The notes beneath the pieces are model-generated. The model worked only from the letters and a program-made list of their open reading frames with translations, was not told where the DNA came from and searched no databases. Below are positions 47,100 to 55,808 of a DNA stretch of 64,000 nucleotides, in pieces. A program made the translations under genes and the position numbers. The DNA comes from Bacteroidia bacterium (GTDB lineage Bacteria > Bacteroidota > Bacteroidia > Bacteroidales > VadinHA17), in contig JBGOZX010000002.1 of assembly GCA_041480425.1 (NCBI GenBank), positions 10,694 to 74,693 of the forward strand, written 5' to 3'. Position 1 is the first letter of the stretch, and each line of letters opens with the position of its first letter.

Positions 47100-48178
47100 G
47101 GGTTGACTTTTTTAATATTATCGATAAAAATATCAAACAGATAATCTGTATCAGTGGGACCACCTGAAGCTTCAGGATGAAACTGGGTTGAAAAGAATGG
47201 CTTGGTTTTATGTATCATCCCCTCATTTGTATTGTCATTAAGATTAATGAAAAGCGGTTCCCAGTCGTTATCCAGAGTTTTGTTATCAACTGCAAATCCA
47301 TGGTTCTGCGAAGTAATATATGCCTTTTCGGTTCCAAACTGAATAACAGGCTGATTATGACTCCGGTGACCATATTTAAGCTTGTAAGTGTCTGCTCCCG
47401 AGGCAAGTGCCATCAGCTGGTTCCCCAGGCATATCCCAAAAACCGGTTTACTACCGGTGAATGATTTTTTTATATTTTCAATTGTTATGTCGCACATCTT
47501 GGGATCACCTGGCCCATTGGAAAGGAACAATCCGTCATATTCTTCTTTATGATAATCATAGTCCCAGGGAACTCTGATTATAGTCGTATCCCGTTTCAGG
47601 AGATTTCTTATAATGTTGTACTTTACACCACAATCTACAAGAAGTATCCTGTATTTTCCTGTACCATATATTTTTTTCTCATGTGTGCTGACCTCGGCGA
47701 CAAGGTTTACTTTGTTGGGATCATAAAAACCGGTCTCAGTTCCTTCCGGTTCAACCTTTCCGAGCATTGCCCCTTTTTCCCTGATCCTTTTTGTTAAGGC
47801 ACGTGTATCAATTCCGTACATCCCCGGTACATTATTCCTTTTAAGCCATTCATCGAGGCTTTCGGTTGCGTTCCAGTGACTGTATTCAAATGAATAATCA
47901 GAAACTATAAGTCCCGAGATATGAATGGAAGATGATTCATAAAAACGGTAAAGATCATTTTCTTCACTTTTTCCGGGGGCGCCGTAGTTACCCACCAGTG
48001 GATAGGTCAGACAAAGGATCTGGCCACGATAAGAAGGATCTGTCAGACTCTCGGGATAACCTGTCATCGCAGTGTTGAAAACCACCTCTCCGGCTGAGGC
48101 CAGCTGAGCTCCGAACGACCGGCCATAATATACTGTGCCATCTTCAAGAGTTAACCGTACCTGTATTCTGTTTTCCAT
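47096..48178 (-). CDS. carA: Carbamoyl-phosphate synthase small (glutaminase) subunit
   Basis: Class I amidotransferase triad context (GICLGNQ, FSTQFHPE) and a CarA N-domain (LTDPSYRGQIL). Confidence 0.9.
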   Translation of the reverse strand: MENRIQVRLTLEDGTVYYGRSFGAQLASAGEVVFNTAMTGYPESLTDPSYRGQILCLTYPLVGNYGAPGKSEENDLYRFYESSSIHISGLIVSDYSFEYSHWNATESLDEWLKRNNVPGMYGIDTRALTKRIREKGAMLGKVEPEGTETGFYDPNKVNLVAEVSTHEKKIYGTGKYRILLVDCGVKYNIIRNLLKRDTTIIRVPWDYDYHKEEYDGLFLSNGPGDPKMCDITIENIKKSFTGSKPVFGICLGNQLMALASGADTYKLKYGHRSHNQPVIQFGTEKAYITSQNHGFAVDNKTLDNDWEPLFINLNDNTNEGMIHKTKPFFSTQFHPEASGGPTDTDYLFDIFIDNIKKVNP

Positions 48179-48197
48179 TTATTACGGATATTTCTGC

Positions 48198-49376
48198 TTA
48201 TCTGATCGTTGAAACAGCTTTTTCGATCTGTTCCATTGCTTTAATCACTGTCTGATGTGTAGCTGCAAGATTCATTCTCATAAATCCCTCACCTCCGGGT
48301 CCAAAGCCGGAACCCTCATTCATCCCTACTCCTGCCGAAGTAATAAAGAAGTACTGAAGCTCTTTTCCGGCCATTCCCAATTTACGGCAGTCGAGCCAGA
48401 TCATGTAAGTAGCTTCAGGCTGGACAGGAATTATCTCTGGGATCATCTTCCTGCAATATTCAACAACGTAGTCAACATTACTATCGATATAAGTAAGGAG
48501 TTCCTCAAGCCAGCCATGACCATAAGAATAAGCAGCAATTGATGCTGTGGTCCCGAAGATGTTACCATTACCGATGTGCAGGTTATCAACTATTCTGGTA
48601 AAGGTTTTTCTTAAATCAGGATTGGATATAATAACAGAAGATGTTGAAAGCCCTGCCAGATTGAAGGTTTTACTGGGAGATATAAAGGTGATTGTAATGT
48701 CAGCAATTTTTTCAGAAAGAGCTGCCACAGATGTGTGTTTAAATCCTGGAAGAACCAGATCACAATGTATTTCATCGGAAAGAATCAGTATTTTATTCTT
48801 AAGACATATATCAGCAAGTTCATTAAGTTCCCCGGGGATCCATGCTCTTCCGACAGGATTATGAGGATTTGAAATAATAATCATTTTTGTTTTTTCGTCG
48901 ATGCTGCTGATCAGGGAATCAAAATCCATTTTCCAATTTCCGTCGGATTCTGCCAGTTGATTATATATCAGTTTACGCCCATGCGTTTCAACTGCCGAGA
49001 AAAAAGGGAAATATACCGGGGGCTGAACTATTATTTTATCGCCAGGCAGGGTAAAAGCCAAAGTGCATAAATTCAAAGCAGGAACAATCCCCGGGCAAAA
49101 ACAGATCCACTCTTTTTCAATTTTCCAGTTATGTCTCTCAAATTGCCAGGCAGTTATTGAATTGAAGTACTCAGGCGGACGGAATGAATAACCAAATATC
49201 TCATGATTAAGGCGGCCTTGAAGCTCCTTTACAATAAAATCAGGGGTTTTGAAATCCATATCGGCAACCCACATAGGAATGACATCCCTGATGCCAAATG
49301 TATCTTTTCTCCGATCGTACTTTACGCAGCTGGTTCCCTCCCTTGAAATAGTTTCATCAAAATTCCACTTCATCAA
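48198..49376 (-). CDS. PatB/MalY-type PLP-dependent aminotransferase / C-S lyase
   Basis: Class I/II aminotransferase fold with NPHNPVGR and the PLP-lysine motif SPSKTFNLAG. Confidence 0.8.
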   Translation of the reverse strand: MMKWNFDETISREGTSCVKYDRRKDTFGIRDVIPMWVADMDFKTPDFIVKELQGRLNHEIFGYSFRPPEYFNSITAWQFERHNWKIEKEWICFCPGIVPALNLCTLAFTLPGDKIIVQPPVYFPFFSAVETHGRKLIYNQLAESDGNWKMDFDSLISSIDEKTKMIIISNPHNPVGRAWIPGELNELADICLKNKILILSDEIHCDLVLPGFKHTSVAALSEKIADITITFISPSKTFNLAGLSTSSVIISNPDLRKTFTRIVDNLHIGNGNIFGTTASIAAYSYGHGWLEELLTYIDSNVDYVVEYCRKMIPEIIPVQPEATYMIWLDCRKLGMAGKELQYFFITSAGVGMNEGSGFGPGGEGFMRMNLAATHQTVIKAMEQIEKAVSTIR

Positions 49377-49607
49377 AAATGGTATTATTTCAGGGGCTTA
49401 AAGATAAATAAAAATTGATGACAGTGCAGGTAGGTTTCTGAAGAATGCAAGACATTGCATTTTGAACATATACCCGGGATTTTACGTTATTAAAATGACA
49501 AAGTCTCCTGAAATATTCAAAATAGATGAAGACGAAGAAGCTATTTTAATATTATTTATTATTTTTATAGGCGTTTTTGACTGATATTTAATTTAAACTA
49601 ACTTACA

Positions 49608-50429
49608 ATGAAAAAGGCTATAGCAGTTGTTATTATTCCAATGTTGATCTTAGGTCTTACAGGGTGTAATTCCTGTAAAAACAGAACTGCCAATAAGGAA
49701 CAGAAAAAAGTTGAACTGGAACAGGTTAAGACAATTGAAACCGAGATTGGAAAAAATGTTTATCCCTTACCTACATCAGCCCAAGTTATTAAAATGCTTT
49801 CAGAGCTTGAAGTTGGTTACATTATAGGGATTTCAAATCCTGTGGAGAACTCAAAAAAATATTTCAGCAGTACCAAACGTGCTGTCAATATTGGAGTATT
49901 TGGTGCTGATCTGAGTTATGCAACTCTTTATAATATTCAACAGGAAGTGATTAACTATCTGAGTGCTATAAGGTCTCTTGCAAATGAACTTAACATGGCG
50001 AAGATTTATGATGAAACCTTATATGATCAGATTAAGAAGAATTTTGATAACAGGGATGAGCTTGTAAAGATACTTACGGATGCTTTCAACAATACGTACG
50101 GGTATCTGAGCGAGAATGATCAGCAGTCTTTAGCTCTTCTCGTTGTAGGCGGCGCCTGGGTTGAAGGAATGTATCTTACCACACATGTTTCAGAAGCAGC
50201 ATACCAGGTTGCAGGTATAGCAAGGGTATTACTGGAACAGAAGAAATCATTCGAACTATTTCTCGAGATAACAAAACCTTACAAAGATGATCCAAGTGTT
50301 AGTGATTTCGTCAAAAAACTTGATCCTATCAAAAAAGTGTACGAGGGACTAGAAACAAGTCTGACCACAAGGAACATTATGGACATAACAAAAGCAATTG
50401 AAGGTATAAGAACCCAAATTGTTTTATAA
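49608..50429 (+). CDS. Hypothetical helical lipoprotein
   Basis: Lipobox LGLTGCNS. No catalytic motif recognised. Confidence 0.6.
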   Translation: MKKAIAVVIIPMLILGLTGCNSCKNRTANKEQKKVELEQVKTIETEIGKNVYPLPTSAQVIKMLSELEVGYIIGISNPVENSKKYFSSTKRAVNIGVFGADLSYATLYNIQQEVINYLSAIRSLANELNMAKIYDETLYDQIKKNFDNRDELVKILTDAFNNTYGYLSENDQQSLALLVVGGAWVEGMYLTTHVSEAAYQVAGIARVLLEQKKSFELFLEITKPYKDDPSVSDFVKKLDPIKKVYEGLETSLTTRNIMDITKAIEGIRTQIVL

Positions 50430-50446
50430 TTTTTTCATGAATGCCT

Positions 50447-50480
50447 GACCGCAAAGCAATAATCTTTGCGGTCTTTTTTT
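50447..50480 (+). terminator. Rho-independent terminator
   Basis: 10-bp perfect stem GACCGCAAAG/CTTTGCGGTC with a 7-nt loop, followed by T7. Confidence 0.8.
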
Positions 50481-50492
50481 ATTAATGTCTTT

Positions 50493-53400
50493 ATGAGGGA
50501 ATCTGTATTACTTGCTCTGATTCATATTTTTGCCATTGTTTCCACGATTAATCCCGGGGGTATTACATCAAGAGGTAAAAAGATTCTTCGCAGTTACCTC
50601 CGAAGATATCTTAACAGGGAACTTGAAGAAGAGTATTATGCACTTTTCGAAAACAATCTGGAATTCTATTCCAATGAACTCAAGAGTGTCGACAAGGCAG
50701 AACTTGCCGATGAAGATTCTCTCATAACATTCCAAATTACCAATATTTGTCGTCAGATTAAAAAAGGGCTGTTTCTGGAGGAGCGGATGATCGTTTTTCT
50801 TCAGCTCCTGGAATTTGCATTTGAAGACGGCCTGGTTTCCGAGCAGGAAAAGACAATTATTGATATAGTTGCTAGGACTTTCAGTATTTCGAAGAAGGAA
50901 TACGATAATGCCTGCGCTTTCATGATCGGTAGATCCTATAATGATGTTTCTCCTGATTGCATTCTTGTTATCGAAAGTGATAATCCGAAACTATGGGCAG
51001 CTAATGATTACACTAATTATGAAAATTGGCGTCATATCAGGATAAAAGGTTTTAAAGGGCACCTGTTTGTACTGCATATTGAAAGTACCGGATCTCTCAT
51101 CCTTACTTATGACGGAACCCTTACACTCTATTTCAAGGGACGCGACATTATTGCCTGCAGACCCTATCTGCTTGATCGGGGAGTAAATATCAAGGGACAG
51201 GGTATTGAAACGATTTATTTTTCAAGAATTTACAAAAAGTTTGTCTCCAGGAAGTTTCCGGAAAAGATATTTTTTGAAGGACATGATATTGAATTCCTTT
51301 TCAAGAATTCGGATAATGGTGTCAGGGAAATGAGTTTCAGGATTGAATCCGGTAACCTTATTGGTTTAATGGGGGGTAGTGGAGTAGGTAAAACCACACT
51401 GCTTAATCTGCTTAACGGTAAAATAAAGCCGGCTAAGGGAAACCTCTATATAAACGGTTATGATATCCATTCTGATTCAGAAGAGCTGACAGGTCTTATA
51501 GGATTTGTTCCACAGGACGACATGCTGATTGAAGAGCTCACAGTTTATCAGAACCTCTATTTCAATGCCCGATTATGTTTTGGTGATTATGTTGAGGAAC
51601 AACTGAAGGCGACAGTTGACAAAGTTCTTCTTGATCTTGACCTTTATGAAATCAAGGACCTTCAGGTTGGAGATCCGATGAACAAAAAAGTCAGTGGTGG
51701 ACAACGGAAGAGGTTAAATATTGGCCTTGAACTGATGCGTGAACCTGTTGTACTGTTTGTTGATGAGCCAACATCAGGTTTATCCTCTTTCGACTCCGAA
51801 AAAGTAATGATTTTGCTTAAAAACCAGGCTTTAAGCGGGAAGCTTGTTTTTGCTATTATCCACCAGCCATCATCAGCTGTATTAAAAATGTTCGACAGGT
51901 TATGGCTGCTTGACAAAGGTGGTTATATGATATACGATGGAGATCCTGTTGAAGCACTGGTTTATTTTAAAACAGAGACATCCCAGGCAAATGCTGCCGA
52001 AAGTGAGTGCCCTAATTGCGGAAATATCGAAACAGATAACATACTTCATATTGTTGAGGTTAAGGTTATTGATAATGCAGGTTTCGCAGGGAAGGAGAGA
52101 CAAATAAGTCCTAAGGAATGGTACGAAAAGTACAGGAAAAAGATGATGCCGGTTCTTGATGATAGATCTCCCAAATCAGCAATCCCCCCTAGCAACTTCA
52201 GGGTTCCCAAAAAGACAGCCCAGATCAAGACTTTTATTAAACGTAATGTAATCCGTAAGCTTGCCGACAGGCAATATATGACAATAAATCTGCTGGAAGT
52301 TCCCCTTCTGGCATTGATTCTTGGTTATCTGTCAAAATACAGTGAAGACAGTATCTATATTTTTGCAAATAATAAGAATTATCCTGTTTTTCTTTTTATG
52401 TCAATTATTGTTGCCCTTTTTGTCGGTCTGACCGTAAGTGCAGAAGAGATTTTCAGGGACAGGAAAATACTTGAAAGGGAGAAGTTTTTAAATTTAAGCA
52501 GAACAAGTTACCTGTTATCCAAGATCAATTTTCTGTTTGTTTTATCTGCAATACAATCGCTGTCATTTGTTCTTGTTGCAAACACCCTTCTCGAAGTTAG
52601 AGGGATGCTGTTTCAACAATGGCTGATCCTTTTTTCTACAGCTTGTTTCGGAAACCTCCTTGGTTTGAATATATCGGCAGGGATGAGAACAGCTGTGAGC
52701 ATTTATATACTTATACCACTGCTGCTTGTACCAATGCTGCTGCTGGGAGGAGCAATGATAAAATTTGATGACCTGCACAAATCGATCAGCAATAAAATAT
52801 ATGTGCCGGTGATAGGAGACATTATGGTAACACGCTGGGCATATGAAGCAATGATGGTAGAGGAGTTTAAGAGTAATAAATTCGAAAAGCCGTTTTTCAA
52901 GTATGATATGGAAATAAGTCAGAATGACTGGTACGCTTCATTTCTGCTCCCTACTTTGAAAGTTACAGTTAACAGGTGCCTGGCTGCAGGAAAAGACCCT
53001 GATTACCGGGAATCCACTGAAGAGAACTTTAAAAAAATCAATTATCATATAAATGAACTTTCGGCCATTACAGGGATTAAACCCGGAAATTGGATGGACA
53101 AAATGAACTATGCAGGATTCACAGATTTTATTGCTGATGAAGGAAAATTATTTCTTGATAGCCTAAGTACCTCCTTCAGAATAAAAAGCCGGCGGATCTC
53201 ATATACACATGATTCATTATATAAAGTTATTGCAGGCAAGATGGGAGAGGAGGAGTTCATTAAGATGAGGGGGAAAGATTATAATGAGAATCTTGAAGAC
53301 ATTCTACTTAACAATCTAACTCCCAGTAAAATATATGATGCCGGAGATAAGTTTATTCAAAAAGCTGATCCTGTTTTCATGAAACCCGGTTCAAAATTCG

Positions 53401-53606
53401 GACGTGCACATTTTTATGCTCCATACAAACAGGTAGGGAACCTGAAGATCGGGACTCTCTTTTTTAATATAATCGCAATCTGGATCATGACCATTGTTCT
53501 TTTTATCACCTTATATTATAATCTGCTGAAACGCTTTATTGTCTTTCTCGAAACTCTTAAGATCCCGATCTGGAGGAAGTTCGGAAGGGAATTCCTGCAG
53601 GCTTAA
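50493..53606 (+). CDS. ABCG-like half transporter (NBD then ABC-2 TMD) with a TerB-like N-terminal domain and other unassigned domains
   Basis: Walker A GGSGVGKT (51372-51395), signature VSGGQRKR, Walker B LFVDEPTSGL, then about 6 TM helices, a ~170-aa soluble region and a final TM helix. The N-terminal ~140 aa resemble the TerB/DjlA-N pattern (EDGLVSEQEKTIIDIVARTFSISKKEY). The start is moved past the terminator to the ATG at 50493. Confidence 0.75.
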   Translation: MRESVLLALIHIFAIVSTINPGGITSRGKKILRSYLRRYLNRELEEEYYALFENNLEFYSNELKSVDKAELADEDSLITFQITNICRQIKKGLFLEERMIVFLQLLEFAFEDGLVSEQEKTIIDIVARTFSISKKEYDNACAFMIGRSYNDVSPDCILVIESDNPKLWAANDYTNYENWRHIRIKGFKGHLFVLHIESTGSLILTYDGTLTLYFKGRDIIACRPYLLDRGVNIKGQGIETIYFSRIYKKFVSRKFPEKIFFEGHDIEFLFKNSDNGVREMSFRIESGNLIGLMGGSGVGKTTLLNLLNGKIKPAKGNLYINGYDIHSDSEELTGLIGFVPQDDMLIEELTVYQNLYFNARLCFGDYVEEQLKATVDKVLLDLDLYEIKDLQVGDPMNKKVSGGQRKRLNIGLELMREPVVLFVDEPTSGLSSFDSEKVMILLKNQALSGKLVFAIIHQPSSAVLKMFDRLWLLDKGGYMIYDGDPVEALVYFKTETSQANAAESECPNCGNIETDNILHIVEVKVIDNAGFAGKERQISPKEWYEKYRKKMMPVLDDRSPKSAIPPSNFRVPKKTAQIKTFIKRNVIRKLADRQYMTINLLEVPLLALILGYLSKYSEDSIYIFANNKNYPVFLFMSIIVALFVGLTVSAEEIFRDRKILEREKFLNLSRTSYLLSKINFLFVLSAIQSLSFVLVANTLLEVRGMLFQQWLILFSTACFGNLLGLNISAGMRTAVSIYILIPLLLVPMLLLGGAMIKFDDLHKSISNKIYVPVIGDIMVTRWAYEAMMVEEFKSNKFEKPFFKYDMEISQNDWYASFLLPTLKVTVNRCLAAGKDPDYRESTEENFKKINYHINELSAITGIKPGNWMDKMNYAGFTDFIADEGKLFLDSLSTSFRIKSRRISYTHDSLYKVIAGKMGEEEFIKMRGKDYNENLEDILLNNLTPSKIYDAGDKFIQKADPVFMKPGSKFGRAHFYAPYKQVGNLKIGTLFFNIIAIWIMTIVLFITLYYNLLKRFIVFLETLKIPIWRKFGREFLQA

Positions 53607-53634
53607 GGATTGACCAGAGAAAAATAGCAATTGA

Positions 53635-54417
53635 ATGAGTAAGGTACAACCAAAAAAGAGGCTCGGGCAACACTTTCTGAAAGACAAAAAAATTGCCGGA
53701 AAGATAGCCTCTGCACTTACTGGTAATGGTTACAAATCTGTCCTGGAAATTGGTCCGGGTATGGGAATCCTCACGGTTTGTCTGATGGATAGAGGTTTTT
53801 CTGATTTCCGGGTAATCGAAATTGACGATGAATCGATAAATTATCTGAAAATAAATATACCTGAACTTAAAAATATTATCGGTGGTGATTTTCTGGCTCT
53901 GGACATTAATAAATGTTTCGATGACAAACTGGCCATTATCGGGAATTTCCCATACAATATTTCGACACAGATATTTTTTAAAGTACTGAATCACCGTGAT
54001 AAAGTTGTTGAAGTTTGCGGGATGTTACAGAAAGAGGTTGCTGAAAGAATCTGTGCACCATCAGGATCAAAGACATATGGCATTTTGAGCGTTCTGCTTC
54101 AGGCTTTTTATTCAACAGAATATCTATTTACTGTATCAGAAAAAGTCTTTTCACCACCACCAAAAGTCAAATCAGGAGTAATCAGGCTTAAAAGAAATGA
54201 GGTTAAAAATCTGGATTGCGATGAATCTTTGTTTTTCAGAGTGGTCAAAGCCTGTTTTAATCAGCGCCGGAAGACATTAAGAAATTCTGTCAAAGCGGTT
54301 TTTGATCTTAAAACCGATAATTATCATGAATTTCATCTGCGCCCCGAACAATTATCTGTTGATCAGTTTGTTCAACTGACCAGGTGGATTGAAGAGAACA
54401 GGAAAGTTTCAGAATGA
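53635..54417 (+). CDS. rsmA: 16S rRNA (adenine1518/1519-N6)-dimethyltransferase
   Basis: KKRLGQHFLKD N-terminus, the SAM motif VLEIGPGMG, and GNFPYNIS. Confidence 0.9.
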   Translation: MSKVQPKKRLGQHFLKDKKIAGKIASALTGNGYKSVLEIGPGMGILTVCLMDRGFSDFRVIEIDDESINYLKINIPELKNIIGGDFLALDINKCFDDKLAIIGNFPYNISTQIFFKVLNHRDKVVEVCGMLQKEVAERICAPSGSKTYGILSVLLQAFYSTEYLFTVSEKVFSPPPKVKSGVIRLKRNEVKNLDCDESLFFRVVKACFNQRRKTLRNSVKAVFDLKTDNYHEFHLRPEQLSVDQFVQLTRWIEENRKVSE

Positions 54418-55656
54418 GAATCCCATAGCATCCACGGGATTCATTTTAGCTGCAGCGTATGCCGGGGCATAACCAGCCACCACACCTATTATTCCTGAGA
54501 TGAATATGGCAAGAAGTATATTTGCAAGGGTAAGATACATATTCAGTTCGTAGAGGTAGTTTATTATAATGGTTGCAATAAATATCATAATAACTCCGAG
54601 TATTCCACCGATAACCGAAAGGAGGACAGACTCTACCAGGAACTGCTGAAGAATAAAAAACCGCTTAGCTCCGAGAGCTTTTTGAATACCAATAATATTT
54701 GTTCTTTCTCTTACAGACACGAACATTATATTAGCTATTCCGAAACCACCGACAAGTATGGCAAATCCGCCGATCAGCCACCCCCCGATATTAATTCCTG
54801 CAAAAACACCGTCAAAACTCTGCGAAATAAGACTTGCCCTGTTTACTGAAAAATTATTTATCTCATTAGGTTGAAGTCTTCTTGCAGCCCTTAAAATCAT
54901 TATTGTCTCATCACTTAGTTCCTGCACCGGATCGCCCTCTTTTGCCTTTATCATAAGGGTAGCATCAAGGAAATTATTCCTCATATTTATGAAGGTTTTG
55001 GCAAAATTCATTGGAACAAGAGTTAGCTCATCCATCCCGGAATCACTTATTCCTCCTTTACCTTCCTTTTTAAATACTCCGATAACATTTGTTTTTTTAC
55101 CTGCAATTGTGATCTGTTTACCAACAGGATCGGCCTTATCAAATAATCTCTCCGCAATTACAGCCCCGACTATGGCAACATTTTTTCCTGAGGCCGATTC
55201 TTCAGGTGAGAAATAGCGGCCATTCTCGATTTCAAAGGATCTTATATTCTCAAATTCGTGTGTAACTGCCTCTATCCTAGCATCATTTGCGAGATTCTTT
55301 TTGTATTTTATCTGTTTTGACTGCATGACGGAAAAACAGGCGGTTGCTGTTTTTGTAGATCTGTTCAGAACAGCCTGATAATCATCTTTCGAAACTACCG
55401 GCCATTTGATGATATCCCACCATTTAAGATTGAGGTCGAGACCCCATGGCCATTTATTTACATAAATCACATTATCTCCCATAGAGGAAATGGAGTCACG
55501 GATCGATTTTTCCATCCAGTCGAGTACGGTGAAGACCGATATTATGGAAAAAATGCCGATAGTAATTCCGAAAAGGGAAAGAAAAGTTCTTAACTTATTA
55601 ACGATAACAGAGTTAAAAGCGAAAATGAAACCTTCTTTAAGAAGTCTGAAAAACAT
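54409..55656 (-). CDS. MacB/LolE-like ABC transporter permease (FtsX family)
   Basis: N-terminal TM helix, a large periplasmic domain, and a C-terminal FtsX-type 3-TM bundle. The start is moved to MFFRLLKEG because a -7 box lies in the TTG-initiated extension. Confidence 0.8.
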   Translation of the reverse strand: MFFRLLKEGFIFAFNSVIVNKLRTFLSLFGITIGIFSIISVFTVLDWMEKSIRDSISSMGDNVIYVNKWPWGLDLNLKWWDIIKWPVVSKDDYQAVLNRSTKTATACFSVMQSKQIKYKKNLANDARIEAVTHEFENIRSFEIENGRYFSPEESASGKNVAIVGAVIAERLFDKADPVGKQITIAGKKTNVIGVFKKEGKGGISDSGMDELTLVPMNFAKTFINMRNNFLDATLMIKAKEGDPVQELSDETIMILRAARRLQPNEINNFSVNRASLISQSFDGVFAGINIGGWLIGGFAILVGGFGIANIMFVSVRERTNIIGIQKALGAKRFFILQQFLVESVLLSVIGGILGVIMIFIATIIINYLYELNMYLTLANILLAIFISGIIGVVAGYAPAYAAAKMNPVDAMGFSF

Positions 55657-55689
55657 CTGACTGCTTTTTATTAAAAATAATTCGAATGT

Positions 55690-55697
55690 CAAAGATA
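55690..55697 (-). promoter_or_regulatory. Candidate -7 box (TATCTTTG on the minus strand) for the permease gene
   Basis: The plus strand reads CAAAGATA, 34 nt upstream of the ATG at 55656. Confidence 0.4.
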
Positions 55698-55808
55698 AGA
55701 AAATCCTAAAATGATAATCATAAATATTATATATTGAGGTTATTAAAAAAATATCTATTTTTACACGCCTGCAAGAGAAGGGAGAGGGGCAATCATAAAC
55801 ATCAGATA

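Noticed and set aside
52008-52025. CPNCGN after the NBD of the ABC protein as a possible zinc ribbon.
   Set aside because: Only one CxxC pair is present, with no second pair nearby. That is insufficient for a zinc-ribbon call.
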